Below, in pieces: positions 11,214-21,597 of a DNA stretch of 64,000 nt. This DNA comes from Eledone cirrhosa (lineage: Eukaryota), in assembly GCA_964016885.1 (NCBI GenBank), contig OZ024740.1, positions 134,850,001-134,914,000 on the forward strand, in the 5' to 3' direction. Made by a program: the position numbers and the translations under genes. The notes beneath the pieces are model-generated. The model saw nothing but the letters and a program-made list of their open reading frames with translations. It was not told where the DNA came from and ran no database searches. The number at the start of each line of letters is the position of its first letter. Positions within the stretch are counted from its first letter, which is position 1.

Positions 11214-14200
11214 CATCATCATCATCATCATCACCGTTTTACGTCCGTTCTTCCACGCTAGCATGGGTTAGACGGGTTGTCCTGTTGTGGGCAGTGTCTG
11301 GTCGGCTGACCATGCCTTGCTCATACAGGAACTGATCTGGCTTGATTTCTACAGCTGGATGCCCTTCCTAACACCAACCTCATTTACAGTGAGTGCTGGG
11401 TGCTTTTTCGTGGCGCCTACACGTCCACTTTACAGTGTGGGCTGGGTGCTTTTTTGCCGTGGCACCTCCACGACCACCTTGCGGTGGGGGGGGGGGGGGG
11501 GGGGGCATATTGTTTATATGCTTCAGCATGTACCCATGGGAGGTCGGGTACCCTGTATTACTGCGTGACGCCAGAAGTCACGGTCGTGTGTCATTGACTT
11601 TGAGAGGTGTAGTTGGGTAAGGTCGGCTTTTATCACCTCATCCCAAGTCATCTTGGGTCTCCCCACTCCGCGGTTTCCATCAACTTCTAGTGCTCTGCAC
11701 CTTTTTATGCAGCTGTCATCCTTCATACGCATCACATGTCCATACCAGCGTAACCGCCTCTCCTGCACGCAGCATTTGATTCCTCTTATGCTCAGTCTCT
11801 CTCTCAATTCATTTATGCTTTGTCGTTCACGTATATTACTGTTACACATCCATCGGAGCATGCAGGCTTCGTTTCTCTCTAATCTACGTAAGTCTTCCAC
11901 CTTCAGCGCCCAGGTCTCACTACCATGCAACATCGCTGTTCGGATACACGCATCATACAGTCTGCCTTTCATTCTGAGGGAGAAGCCTTTTGCAGCTAGC
12001 AGTGGTAGTAGTTCTCTAAACTTCTTCCATCCCGTTCTTACCCTAGTTATTGTACTTTCTGAGCACCCACCTCCGTTGCTAATTCGGTCACCTAGGTAGC
12101 AGAAGCTGTCTACTGTTTCTACAGGGCCCTCCCAGAGATTGGTGGTACTTGTTTCCTGTGGCTGTTTGCTTGCTGTTTCAGCACAGCTGCTGCATGTGAA
12201 TCCTACATTCTTAATTAAGCTTCCTGAGATCCCGCTACATCTCTTGTGTACCCATTGTTTGCATTTGGGGCAAAGAATGGAGTTCCTACCTACACCTTTC
12301 CTACATACTGAGCAAGGCCATTTCCCTGAGGGGATCTGGGTTCTGTTTTCTCGTCTACTTATAAGGACCTTAGTCTTTGTCATGTTGACTTTGAGGCCCT
12401 TTCTCTCTAGTCCCTGCTTCCAGGTTTGGAATTTATTCTCTAGTTCTACCATAGATTCAGCTATGAGTGCGAGGTCATCAGCATACAGGAGTTCCCATGG
12501 GCATCCGGTCTTAAACTCCTCCGTTATTGCCTGCAGGACTATGATGAACAGGAGAGGGCTAAGAACAGAGCCCTGGTGGACCCCAACCTGTACGCTAAAT
12601 TCCTCGCTATACTCATTGCCAATCCTAACTTTGCTGACTGCTCCCCTATACATGGCTTGTACCGCTTTCACAAGCCATTCATCTACTCCTAGTTTTCTAA
12701 GAGCCCACCAGATTACTGCACGTGGAACTCTGTCAAAGGCTTTCTCAAGGTCGACAAATGCCAAGTAGAGTGGCTTACTTTTAGCTAGGTACTTTTCCTG
12801 TAATTGCCTCACAAGGAAGAGCGCATCAGTGGTGCCTTTCCCTGGAACAAACCCAAATTGCATCTCGTCTATATTCACCCGGTCCCTAATCAGCTGTGCT
12901 ATAACTCTTTCTGTTACTTTCATGACCTGGTCCATCAACTTTATACCTCTATAGTTTCCTCTATCTAGTGCATCGCCTTTACCTTTGTAGCAGTTGACAA
13001 TGATGCTACTGCACCAATCTTTTGGTATGGCCCCCTCTAGTATTACCTGGTTAACGATACGTGTGGTTATAGTGTGACCTACAGACCCAGATGCCTTCAG
13101 CATCTCGGCAGCTATACCCGATGGACCGGTTGCCTTCCCTATCTTCATATCTCTGATTGCCTTACTTACTACGCTGCCGCTGACTTGTACTGCTGGTCCC
13201 TCTATAGGGTCTACGTGGGGTAGGGTCTCTTCTTCCCATGCATTCTCCTCATTTAGTAATCTATCATAATGACTCTTCCATGCATCTTTCTTCTCAGCAC
13301 TTGTGAGGGCAAGCTCACCTTTATCATTCCGGATACACTTCTCTCCAATGACATCACAACTATCTCTGACACACTGCCTCGCAATCTTGAATACCTCCTG
13401 TTTCTGGTCCTCACGTTGTAAAACATGCTTGAATTTTCTATCCTCTGCTTCCCTCCTAGCTAAGTATACTTGTCGCCTAGCTTCCCTCTTGGTCTCTATG
13501 TAATGTACCCTGCTCCCCCCGTTCTTCCATTCTTTCCATGCCTGTCTCTTGGCCTTGACTGCTTCATCTACCTTATTGTTCCACCACCAAGTCACTCTCC
13601 TCCTGCTTGAGGTCTTACTCCAGCCACAAACCTCATCCGTCGCCTCTAGTAAGTTATTTTTTAGGAACTCCCAGTTCTCTTCTACGTTAAATGTCTCTAT
13701 CTGTTCTTCTTTACTGTCGTAGGCGTTGAGTAAAATATCTTTAAATCTGTTACTGGTTGAGGGGACTTTCAGCTTCCAGATCTTTCTTCTCCAGGTTGGC
13801 CTCTGTTTCAGGGCTCGTCTAGTTCTGACCGTGAGGTCGCTGACAACTAAGCTATGTTGGGATGTACATTCCTCACTAGGGAAGGCTTTTGTGTTTACGA
13901 CCGTCCATCTGTCACGTCCTCTGATGAGAATAAAATCTAACTGACTAGAGTGCTCCCCTGATCTATAGGTGATCAGGTGGTTGTCGGGTTTTTTAAAGTT
14001 TGTGTTACATATCGACATGTCATTGGCGTCGCAGAATTCTAGAAGTCTGAATCCTTCCTCATTCCTTGTGCCAACTCCATGGCCTCCATGTACTCTATTG
14101 AAGCCGTCGCAGTGTTTACCTACGTGTCCGTTAAAATCTCCTGCAATGATTAGGAAGTCCTTGTCGTCTGTTAGAGCAGTAGTGTGTATTAGGGACTCGT

Positions 14201-17200
14201 AAAACCTATCCTTAAGTTCGTCTGGCAGCCCCGATTGGGGTGCGTAAGCTGATATTATTGTGGTAATTGTCTTATTCAGGACTAGTCTGAGTTTAATGAT
14301 TCTTGCATTTACCCTGTACACTGAGATTACTTTATCTACCCACTTGTCAGCTAATAGTATACCTACACCACCCATCCCATCGTCATTTCCCACCCAGAAA
14401 AATTTGTAGCACTGGCTTTTTCCTACAAGGACTCTAGCAGACCCTCCTCTCCATCTAGTCTCTTGCACACAGCATACATCAACTTCCTTTCGCTCTAGCA
14501 TTTCTACGATTTCTCCTGCTCTTCCTTTCATTGAGCCTACATTGATGGTACCAACTCGGAGTTTTGGGCATTTGTCGACACTCGTAGGGGAGGGTCTCTG
14601 GGTTGGCGCTTCACGTGGGTGCTTGGTAGCTCGCAGATTCATATTTCATCTATTGATTCAGAGTTGCTCGTGTATTCCCAGCTCATCCATCCATAACGGT
14701 GGGAAAATTGAGGGCTAGAAGGACAGTGGTGGTGGGGTAATGGCAGGGTGTGTTGGGATGCGCCAGAGGAGGAGAGAGTTAGTTAGGCAGGTAGTAGCAG
14801 CAGCAGCAGTGGAAATGGCATGCTAGGTTTGATTGGTCGAATAGACTATGGTGGTGTGTGGGGGTGGGGGGGAGGGAAATTGTGAGGTAGGAACTGAGGG
14901 TCGCATGGTAAATATCCAAGTTAATACTACATCAGTAAAATTAACAATAATAACGTCATGAAAAAAGCTACTAAGAGAAACCCTCGAAAATTTATCGCTA
15001 ATACAGCAGGGAAAATTTAACGCTAATACAGCAGGGAACATCATAATATTAACGACATGAAAAAGCTACTAAGAGAAACCCTCGAAAATTTATCGCTAAT
15101 ACAGCAGGGAAAATTTAACGCTAATACAGCAGGGAACATCATAATATTAACGACAATATGTAGGCTAAAATACCTTCGTAGATTAGGTGGATGGCTGGCT
15201 GGGAAAATTTGAATCAGCTCTACTGGTACATTTTAGCAGAGAAGAATGGCAAAGTGTCTTATCTCTTCAATATTTTCAGATTGAATGAATTAGGTTAAAG
15301 ACAGGGTAGTAAGCCTTAAAGAAGTGCATAGAGGGGGGGGGGTAGGAACTGAGGGTCGCATGGTAAATAACTGAGAGAGATACAATAGGATTAGAATACC
15401 GCATGGTAAATATCCAAGTTAATAAGTTAATACTACATCAGTAAAATTAACAATAATAACGTCATGAAAAAAGCTACTAAGAGAAACCCTCGAAAATTTA
15501 TCGCTAATACAGCAGGGAAAATTTAACGCTAATACAGCAGGGAACATCATAATATTAACGACATGAAAAAGCTACTAAGAGAAACCCTCGAAAATTTATC
15601 GCTAATACAGCAGGGAAAATTTAACGCTAATACAGCAGGGAACATCATAATATTAACGACAATATGTAGGCTAAAATACCTTCGTAGATTAGGTGGATGG
15701 CTGGCTGGGAAAATTTGAATCAGCTCTACTGGTACATTTTAGCAGAGAAGAATGGCAAAGTGTCTTATCTCTTCAATATTTTCAGATTGAATGAATTAGG
15801 TTAAAGACAGGGTAGTAAGCCTTAAAGAAGTGCATAGAGGGGGGGGGGGGGTAGGAACTGAGGGTCGCATGGTAAATAACTGAGAGAGATACAATAGGAT
15901 TAGAATACCGCATGGTAAATATCCAAGTTAATAAGTTAATACTACATCAGTAAAATTAACAATAATAACGTCATGAAAAAAGCTACTAAGAGAAACCCTC
16001 GAAAATTTATCGCTAATACAGCAGGGAAAATTTAACGCTAATACAGCAGGGAACATCATAATATTAACGACATGAAAAAGCTACTAAGAGAAACCCTCGA
16101 AAATTTATCGCTAATACAGCAGGGAAAATTTAACGCTAATACAGCAGGGAACATCATAATATTAACGACAATATGTAGGCTAAAATACCTTCGTAGATTA
16201 GGTGGATGGCTGGCTGGGAAAATTTGAATCAGCTCTACTGGTACATTTTAGCAGAGAAGAATGGCAAAGTGTCTTATCTCTTCAATATTTTCAGATTGAA
16301 TGAATTAGGTTAAAGACAGGGTAGTAAGCCTTAAAGAAGTGCATAGAGGGGGGGGGGGTAGGAACTGAGGGTCGCATGGTAAATAACTGAGAGAGATACA
16401 ATAGGATTAGAATACCGCATGGTAAATATCCAAGTTAATAAGTTAATACTACATCAGTAAAATTAACAATAATAACGTCATGAAAAAAGCTACTAAGAGA
16501 AACCCTCGAAAATTTATCGCTAATACAGCAGGGAAAATTTAACGCTAATACAGCAGGGAACATCATAATATTAACGACATGAAAAAGCTACTAAGAGAAA
16601 CCCTCGAAAATTTATCGCTAATACAGCAGGGAAAATTTAACGCTAATACAGCAGGGAACATCATAATATTAACGACAATATGTAGGCTAAAATACCTTCG
16701 TAGATTAGGTGGATGGCTGGCTGGGAAAATTTGAATCAGCTCTACTGGTACATTTTAGCAGAGAAGAATGGCAAAGTGTCTTATCTCTTCAATATTTTCA
16801 GATTGAATGAATTAGGTTAAAGACAGGGTAGTAAGCCTTAAAGAAGTGCATAGAGGGGGGGGGGGGGGGGTAGGAACTGAGGGTCGCATGGTAAATAACT
16901 GAGAGAGATACAATAGGATTAGAATACCGCATGGTAAATATCCAAGTTAATAAGTTAATACTACATCAGTAAAATTAACAATAATAACGTCATGAAAAAA
17001 GCTACTAAGAGAAACCCTCGAAAATTTATCGCTAATACAGCAGGGAAAATTTAACGCTAATACAGCAGGGAACATCATAATATTAACGACATGAAAAAGC
17101 TACTAAGAGAAACCCTCGAAAATTTATCGCTAATACAGCAGGGAAAATTTAACGCTAATACAGCAGGGAACATCATAATATTAACGACAATATGTAGGCT

Positions 17201-17854
17201 AAAATACCTTCGTAGATTAGGTGGATGGCTGGCTGGGAAAATTTGAATCAGCTCTACTGGTACATTTTAGCAGAGAAGAATGGCAAAGTGTCTTATCTCT
17301 TCAATATTTTCAGATTGAATGAATTAGGTTAAAGACAGGGTAGTAAGCCTTAAAGAAGTGCATAGAGGGGGGGGGGGGGTAGGAACTGAGGGTCGCATGG
17401 TAAATAACTGAGAGAGATACAATAGGATTAGAATACCGCATGGTAAATATCCAAGTTAATAAGTTAATACTACATCAGTAAAATTAACAATAATAACGTC
17501 ATGAAAAAAGCTACTAAGAGAAACCCTCGAAAATTTATCGCTAATACAGCAGGGAAAATTTAACGCTAATACAGCAGGGAACATCATAATATTAACGACA
17601 TGAAAAAGCTACTAAGAGAAACCCTCGAAAATTTATCGCTAATACAGCAGGGAAAATTTAACGCTAATACAGCAGGGAACATCATAATATTAACGACAAT
17701 ATGTAGGCTAAAATACCTTCGTAGATTAGGTGGATGGCTGGCTGGGAAAATTTGAATCAGCTCTACTGGTACATTTTAGCAGAGAAGAATGGCAAAGTGT
17801 CTTATCTCTTCAATATTTTCAGATTGAATGAATTAGGTTAAAGACAGGGTAGTA
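11214..17854 (-). mobile_element. Apparently full-length RTE-clade LINE including a tandem-repeat 5' region
   Basis: (GAT)n tail at 11214-11232; intact ORF; 5-bp direct repeat AGAGT at 11209-11213 and 17855-17859; removing the insert restores the Helitron reading frame. Confidence 0.9.
11523..14642 (-). CDS. RTE LINE ORF (1039 aa): APE endonuclease + reverse transcriptase with embedded PHD-type Cys/His finger
   Basis: EN motifs 'GTINVGSM', 'CCVQET', 'SAYAPQ', 'AGDFNGH', 'SQH'; RT motifs 'QFGF', 'AFVDLEKAFDRV', 'GVHQGSVLSPLLF', 'YADD', 'FCYLG'; RTE C-terminus 'RRLRWYGHVMR', 'GRPKMTW'; no internal stops. Confidence 0.97.
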   Translation of the reverse strand: MNLRATKHPREAPTQRPSPTSVDKCPKLRVGTINVGSMKGRAGEIVEMLERKEVDVCCVQETRWRGGSARVLVGKSQCYKFFWVGNDDGMGGVGILLADKWVDKVISVYRVNARIIKLRLVLNKTITTIISAYAPQSGLPDELKDRFYESLIHTTALTDDKDFLIIAGDFNGHVGKHCDGFNRVHGGHGVGTRNEEGFRLLEFCDANDMSICNTNFKKPDNHLITYRSGEHSSQLDFILIRGRDRWTVVNTKAFPSEECTSQHSLVVSDLTVRTRRALKQRPTWRRKIWKLKVPSTSNRFKDILLNAYDSKEEQIETFNVEENWEFLKNNLLEATDEVCGWSKTSSRRRVTWWWNNKVDEAVKAKRQAWKEWKNGGSRVHYIETKREARRQVYLARREAEDRKFKHVLQREDQKQEVFKIARQCVRDSCDVIGEKCIRNDKGELALTSAEKKDAWKSHYDRLLNEENAWEEETLPHVDPIEGPAVQVSGSVVSKAIRDMKIGKATGPSGIAAEMLKASGSVGHTITTRIVNQVILEGAIPKDWCSSIIVNCYKGKGDALDRGNYRGIKLMDQVMKVTERVIAQLIRDRVNIDEMQFGFVPGKGTTDALFLVRQLQEKYLAKSKPLYLAFVDLEKAFDRVPRAVIWWALRKLGVDEWLVKAVQAMYRGAVSKVRIGNEYSEEFSVQVGVHQGSVLSPLLFIIVLQAITEEFKTGCPWELLYADDLALIAESMVELENKFQTWKQGLERKGLKVNMTKTKVLISRRENRTQIPSGKWPCSVCRKGVGRNSILCPKCKQWVHKRCSGISGSLIKNVGFTCSSCAETASKQPQETSTTNLWEGPVETVDSFCYLGDRISNGGGCSESTITRVRTGWKKFRELLPLLAAKGFSLRMKGRLYDACIRTAMLHGSETWALKVEDLRRLERNEACMLRWMCNSNIRERQSINELRERLSIRGIKCCVQERRLRWYGHVMRMKDDSCIKRCRALEVDGNRGVGRPKMTWDEVIKADLTQLHLSKSMTHDRDFWRHAVIQGTRPPMGTC

Positions 17855-17856
17855 AG
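14886..17856. repeat. Tandem array of six ~509-bp monomers with nested 99-bp and 25-bp subrepeats
   Basis: The 'taggaactgagggtcgc' anchor recurs at 14888, 15343, 15852, 16359, 16871 and 17380 (periods 455, 509, 507, 512, 509). Differences among the last four periods equal differences in poly-G length (13, 11, 16, 13). Confidence 0.97.
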
Positions 17857-18902
17857 AGTGTAATGAGATATCTGTTGTGGTTACTAGAGAATGTGATATT
17901 GTGTTAAAGAAATGTGACAACAGTCTCCAATTGATCATGCTACAATATCCTTTACTTTTTGTGTATAGTGAAAATGGATATCTCTTCTCTTTAACATTAC
18001 ACAAACCGGACACACCCGAAGGAAAACAGTCTCCTGCGTGGACTTTTATGCTTAGCAGTTTATGGTGCATAATGGTTCCTTCAACCACCTACATAATAGC
18101 CAAAACCTTTTCCACCAGTTTGCTGTAGATATGTTCACAGAAGTAGCAACTGAAAGATTGAGCTACATAAAAAACAATCAAACCTAGTTGAGATGAAATG
18201 CAATCAATAATGGTGTTCCTGGAGAAAACATTGGACAGTTGTGCATTCTACCTTCATGCTTTGTAGGAAGCCCAAGATATATCACAAATTAACACAGGAT
18301 TTAATGAGCTATGTTCGAAACCATGATCGACCAGACCTATTTATCACATTTACCTGCAACCCAAAGTGGAACGAAATTCAAGATGAGTTGCTTCCAGGTG
18401 AGACTCATCTTCACAGGCACAACCTCATATCTCAAGTCTTCCACCTTAAAGTTCAGAAAAGGATGTGTTTAATCAAAATGTTGGAAATTTTTGGTACTCT
18501 CAGCTGCCAGCATTATACAATGGCAAAAACGGGGATTGCCTCCTGCACACATTCTAATGTGGCTCATAACAAAAATTCATCCAAACCAAATCAACTTTGT
18601 AAGATCTGACTCCAATATAGATAGTGAACTTTTTAAAAGTGTCAAATCCCATATCGTCATGACCCTTGTGATGCTCTTAACAGGAATTTGTCTTGCATGA
18701 AAAATCAAAACCGTAAATGTGAAAAAAAATATCCTAAACCATTCATACAAGAAACACACACTTCTAATGACAGTTATCCATCTTACCGTCGAAAAAGCCC
18801 AGATGCGGGTGGTTTCAAAGCCAATATTGGGCAATGTGAGATGACAACCAATGGATTGTGCCCTCTTGCTAACTCCTTAACAAAGTTTTCAACTCTCACA
18901 TT

Positions 18903-19673
18903 CACCATCATCATCATCATCATTTTACGTCCGCTTTTCCCTGCTTGCAAGGGTGGGACGGGTCTTATTCAGCACAGCATCTCTCCACTTGTCACGGTCC
19001 TTCGTCATCTCCACCGTGAGCTTCAGCGATCTGAGGTCTGTTCTCACCACCTCCGCCCATGTTTTTCGTGGTCTACCTTTACCACGTCTTCCTTCAACTG
19101 GCATTTCCTGGCACTTCTTCACCCATCGGTCATCCTCCATGCACATCACATGTCCATACCACCTCAGTCTCCTCTCTCGCACACTACATTCTATCCCTCT
19201 CAACACATTCATGCTGCGTCATTCACGCACATTGACATTGCACATCCAACGGAGCATGCTTGCCTCATTTCTCTCTAGCCATCGCATATTCTTTGCAGTT
19301 GCTGCCCATGTCTCACTACCATGCAGTATCGCGCTCCTCACACAGCATCATATAACCGGCCTTTCGTACGCAGGGAGAAACCCTTCTTCGTCAGCAGAGG
19401 AAGCAGCTCCCTAAACTTCTTCCAACCCATCCTTATTCTAGATACTATGGCCTCGGAACACCCCTCCTCCCATGCTAATCTGATGTCCTCAGAACCGGAA
19501 GCTATCCACCACTTCTATAGCACCCGCCTGATTGATGATGCGTGCAACCAGTTTAGTGCCTACATCCCCTGATGCCTTCAGCAACTCAGCAACTATCCCC
19601 GATGGTCCAGCAGCCTTACCATTTTTTATTTCCTTAATCGCTTCTTGGACCCTATATTCGTCAATCTCAATAG
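18903..19673 (-). mobile_element. 5'-truncated, internally deleted RTE LINE inserted in the Helitron
   Basis: 'RERRLRWYGHVMCMEDD...GRPRKTWAEVV', 'GKAAGPSGIVAELLKASG'; (GAT)n tail; CATT duplicated at 18899-18902 and 19674-19677; excision restores Helitron 'FNSHINIEYFHSVKAIKY'. Confidence 0.92.
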
Positions 19674-21467
19674 CATTAATATTGAATATTTCCACTCAGT
19701 CAAAGCCATAAAGTATGTTTGCAAATACAGCAATGAAATATGTCTGACGAGATGTCCAACTTCCAACACGGCCAATATATGAGCAGTAATGAAGCATTCT
19801 GGTACATTTTTGCATTCCCAATTTAGGCTCATTACCCAACAGTGCAAAATCTTGACATCCATTTGGAAAATGAATGAGTGTATTATGCAGCTCAACAAGA
19901 CAGCACTAAGAAAGACAACTTTGCTAGCATTTTTCATACTTTGTAAAACTGACGGCTTTGCACAAACTCTACTATATATACAAATACCATCCTATTACAC
20001 CCTAGATTGACAAAGAAGAAAATGGAACTGGGAAAAATACGAAAGACCAGTAGAAAACCATCCTGAAATTTGTAAAGAAGCAACACTAGATAGGATTTAC
20101 ACAATACATCCAGGACAACGCAGATGTTTCCACTTGAGGATGCTGCTTAATGAAGTTATTGGCCCTCAAAGCTTTGATGAACTTCTTGAAGTGAATGGCA
20201 CTGTTTGTAACACACATCAAGAGGCATGCGTGCGAAGTCTGTTGGAAGACGACAATAGGACGCAACTCTTGCATATTCAAAATTTGTTTGCAATTATATA
20301 AAAAAATTGTGACATACCCAATCCATGGGTGTTTTATTTTTGCAGAGTTTGCTCAAAAGCTTCTTAAACTTGAAGTAAAAATATCCCTTGATACGGAAGG
20401 ATGTTTTGATCCTTCATCATTTTGTACTGTTGTGGAAAGCATTCATAGATCAATTAATTAAGTTTTCCTCAATTTCAAAATCCACCATTTCAAAAAGGAG
20501 TAGCTGTGTGAAAGAACAATCCTTGCCCCCCAAAACATCACATTAAATGCCATCAACAAAAATCTCTCACAAATGGTCCCTGGAGGTCACCAGACCTGTA
20601 AATCCATCAACAAAGTTGTCAATGAGACAACACTGTTCATTATCTCATTGAATTTCTCAAGTCTGTTACTCTCAGGTATGCTGGCACATAACCTTGAATT
20701 GACGAAGGGCGCAGTCATCATGCTTTTCAGAAACCTGGATCAACCAAGATTGTGCAATGGGACGCATATGGTTGTGACTGAACTACAGCCTCATATTATC
20801 AAAGCCCAAATCCTCACAGATGTCCCCTTCCGTTTCAAATGATTGCAACTCTCTGTGAGAGTCAGTTCCGCAATGACCATCAACAAGTACCAAAGTCAAA
20901 CACTGCAGGTTGTCGGTCTCCATCTAGAAGATCAATTGTATGTAAGTTGTTCCAGAGTAGGAAGCCCTCACAAACTCATCATATATGCTCCAAAGAAAAG
21001 TTAAAAACACTGTATATACTGAAGTTCTATAGATATTTTATAATTTTCGTATAATACATTTATATTATTTTCATTATTGCTTTTTGTATTTAGATATTCT
21101 AAATAATTTTTTTAAATTATGTTATGCAATATTTAAGCACCTTTTAACATCTTTTGATTACAATAGATGCCAATAAATAAGAATTTAGAGAAATAGACTG
21201 TATATACTCGATTATAAGCTGAGGAATATGTGACAAAGAATCAATGATAAAATGGGGCAGTTGGCTTACATTCGGGGTCAATATTTTGACGATTTTCATC
21301 AACTTCAAATTCTATGTAATTAAGGTACTAAAATATCTGAAATGATTATTTTACAACGAAACACTGTTTTTCTACATTTATTACATCAACATTGGTGTTA
21401 TTTATGCATTCCTTTGAAAATATTTCTAACAAATTTTTTTAATTTAAACTTTTTGATACATAAATAT

Positions 21468-21469
<2 letters not shown>

Positions 21470-21540
<71 letters not shown>
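21470..21540. repeat. (CA)n microsatellite
   Basis: About 33 CA units. Confidence 0.97.
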
Positions 21541-21597
21541 ATACACTCTCGGGTCCCAAATAATAGGGGCGGGAAATTTGTAATTGTATAGTATACG

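Larger units (their letters stand above)
10740..21040 (+). pseudogene. Decayed autonomous Helitron Rep/helicase gene, split by two RTE insertions (Helitron parts ~10740-11213, 17855-18902, 19674-~21040)
   Basis: Helitron signatures across frames: 'PKFLQIYF..LQEMLHSHNSY', 'DADKRPSDEHARRFDGP|ECNEI', 'LQYPLLF', Rep motif I 'PDLFITFTCNPKW', motif II 'QWQKRGLPPAHIL', motif III 'SVKAIKYVCKY', 'TTLLAFF', and Pif1-like helicase C-terminus 'IMLFRNLDQPRLCNGT', 'AMTINKYQSQTL', 'QLYVSCSRV'. Many stops and frameshifts; the helicase N-terminal part (Walker A) appears deleted. Confidence 0.92.

Noticed and set aside
11653-14202. Plus-strand ORFs 11653-12099, 12139-12768, 13303-13503, 13726-13944 and 13969-14202
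   Set aside because: Antisense shadows of the RTE ORF with no independent protein features. The same applies to minus-strand ORFs within 22246-24114 and 31143-32809.
14886-17856. CRISPR-like array (25-bp repeats with intervening sequence)
   Set aside because: The intervening sequences are themselves identical repeats rather than unique spacers; eukaryotic context; no cas genes.
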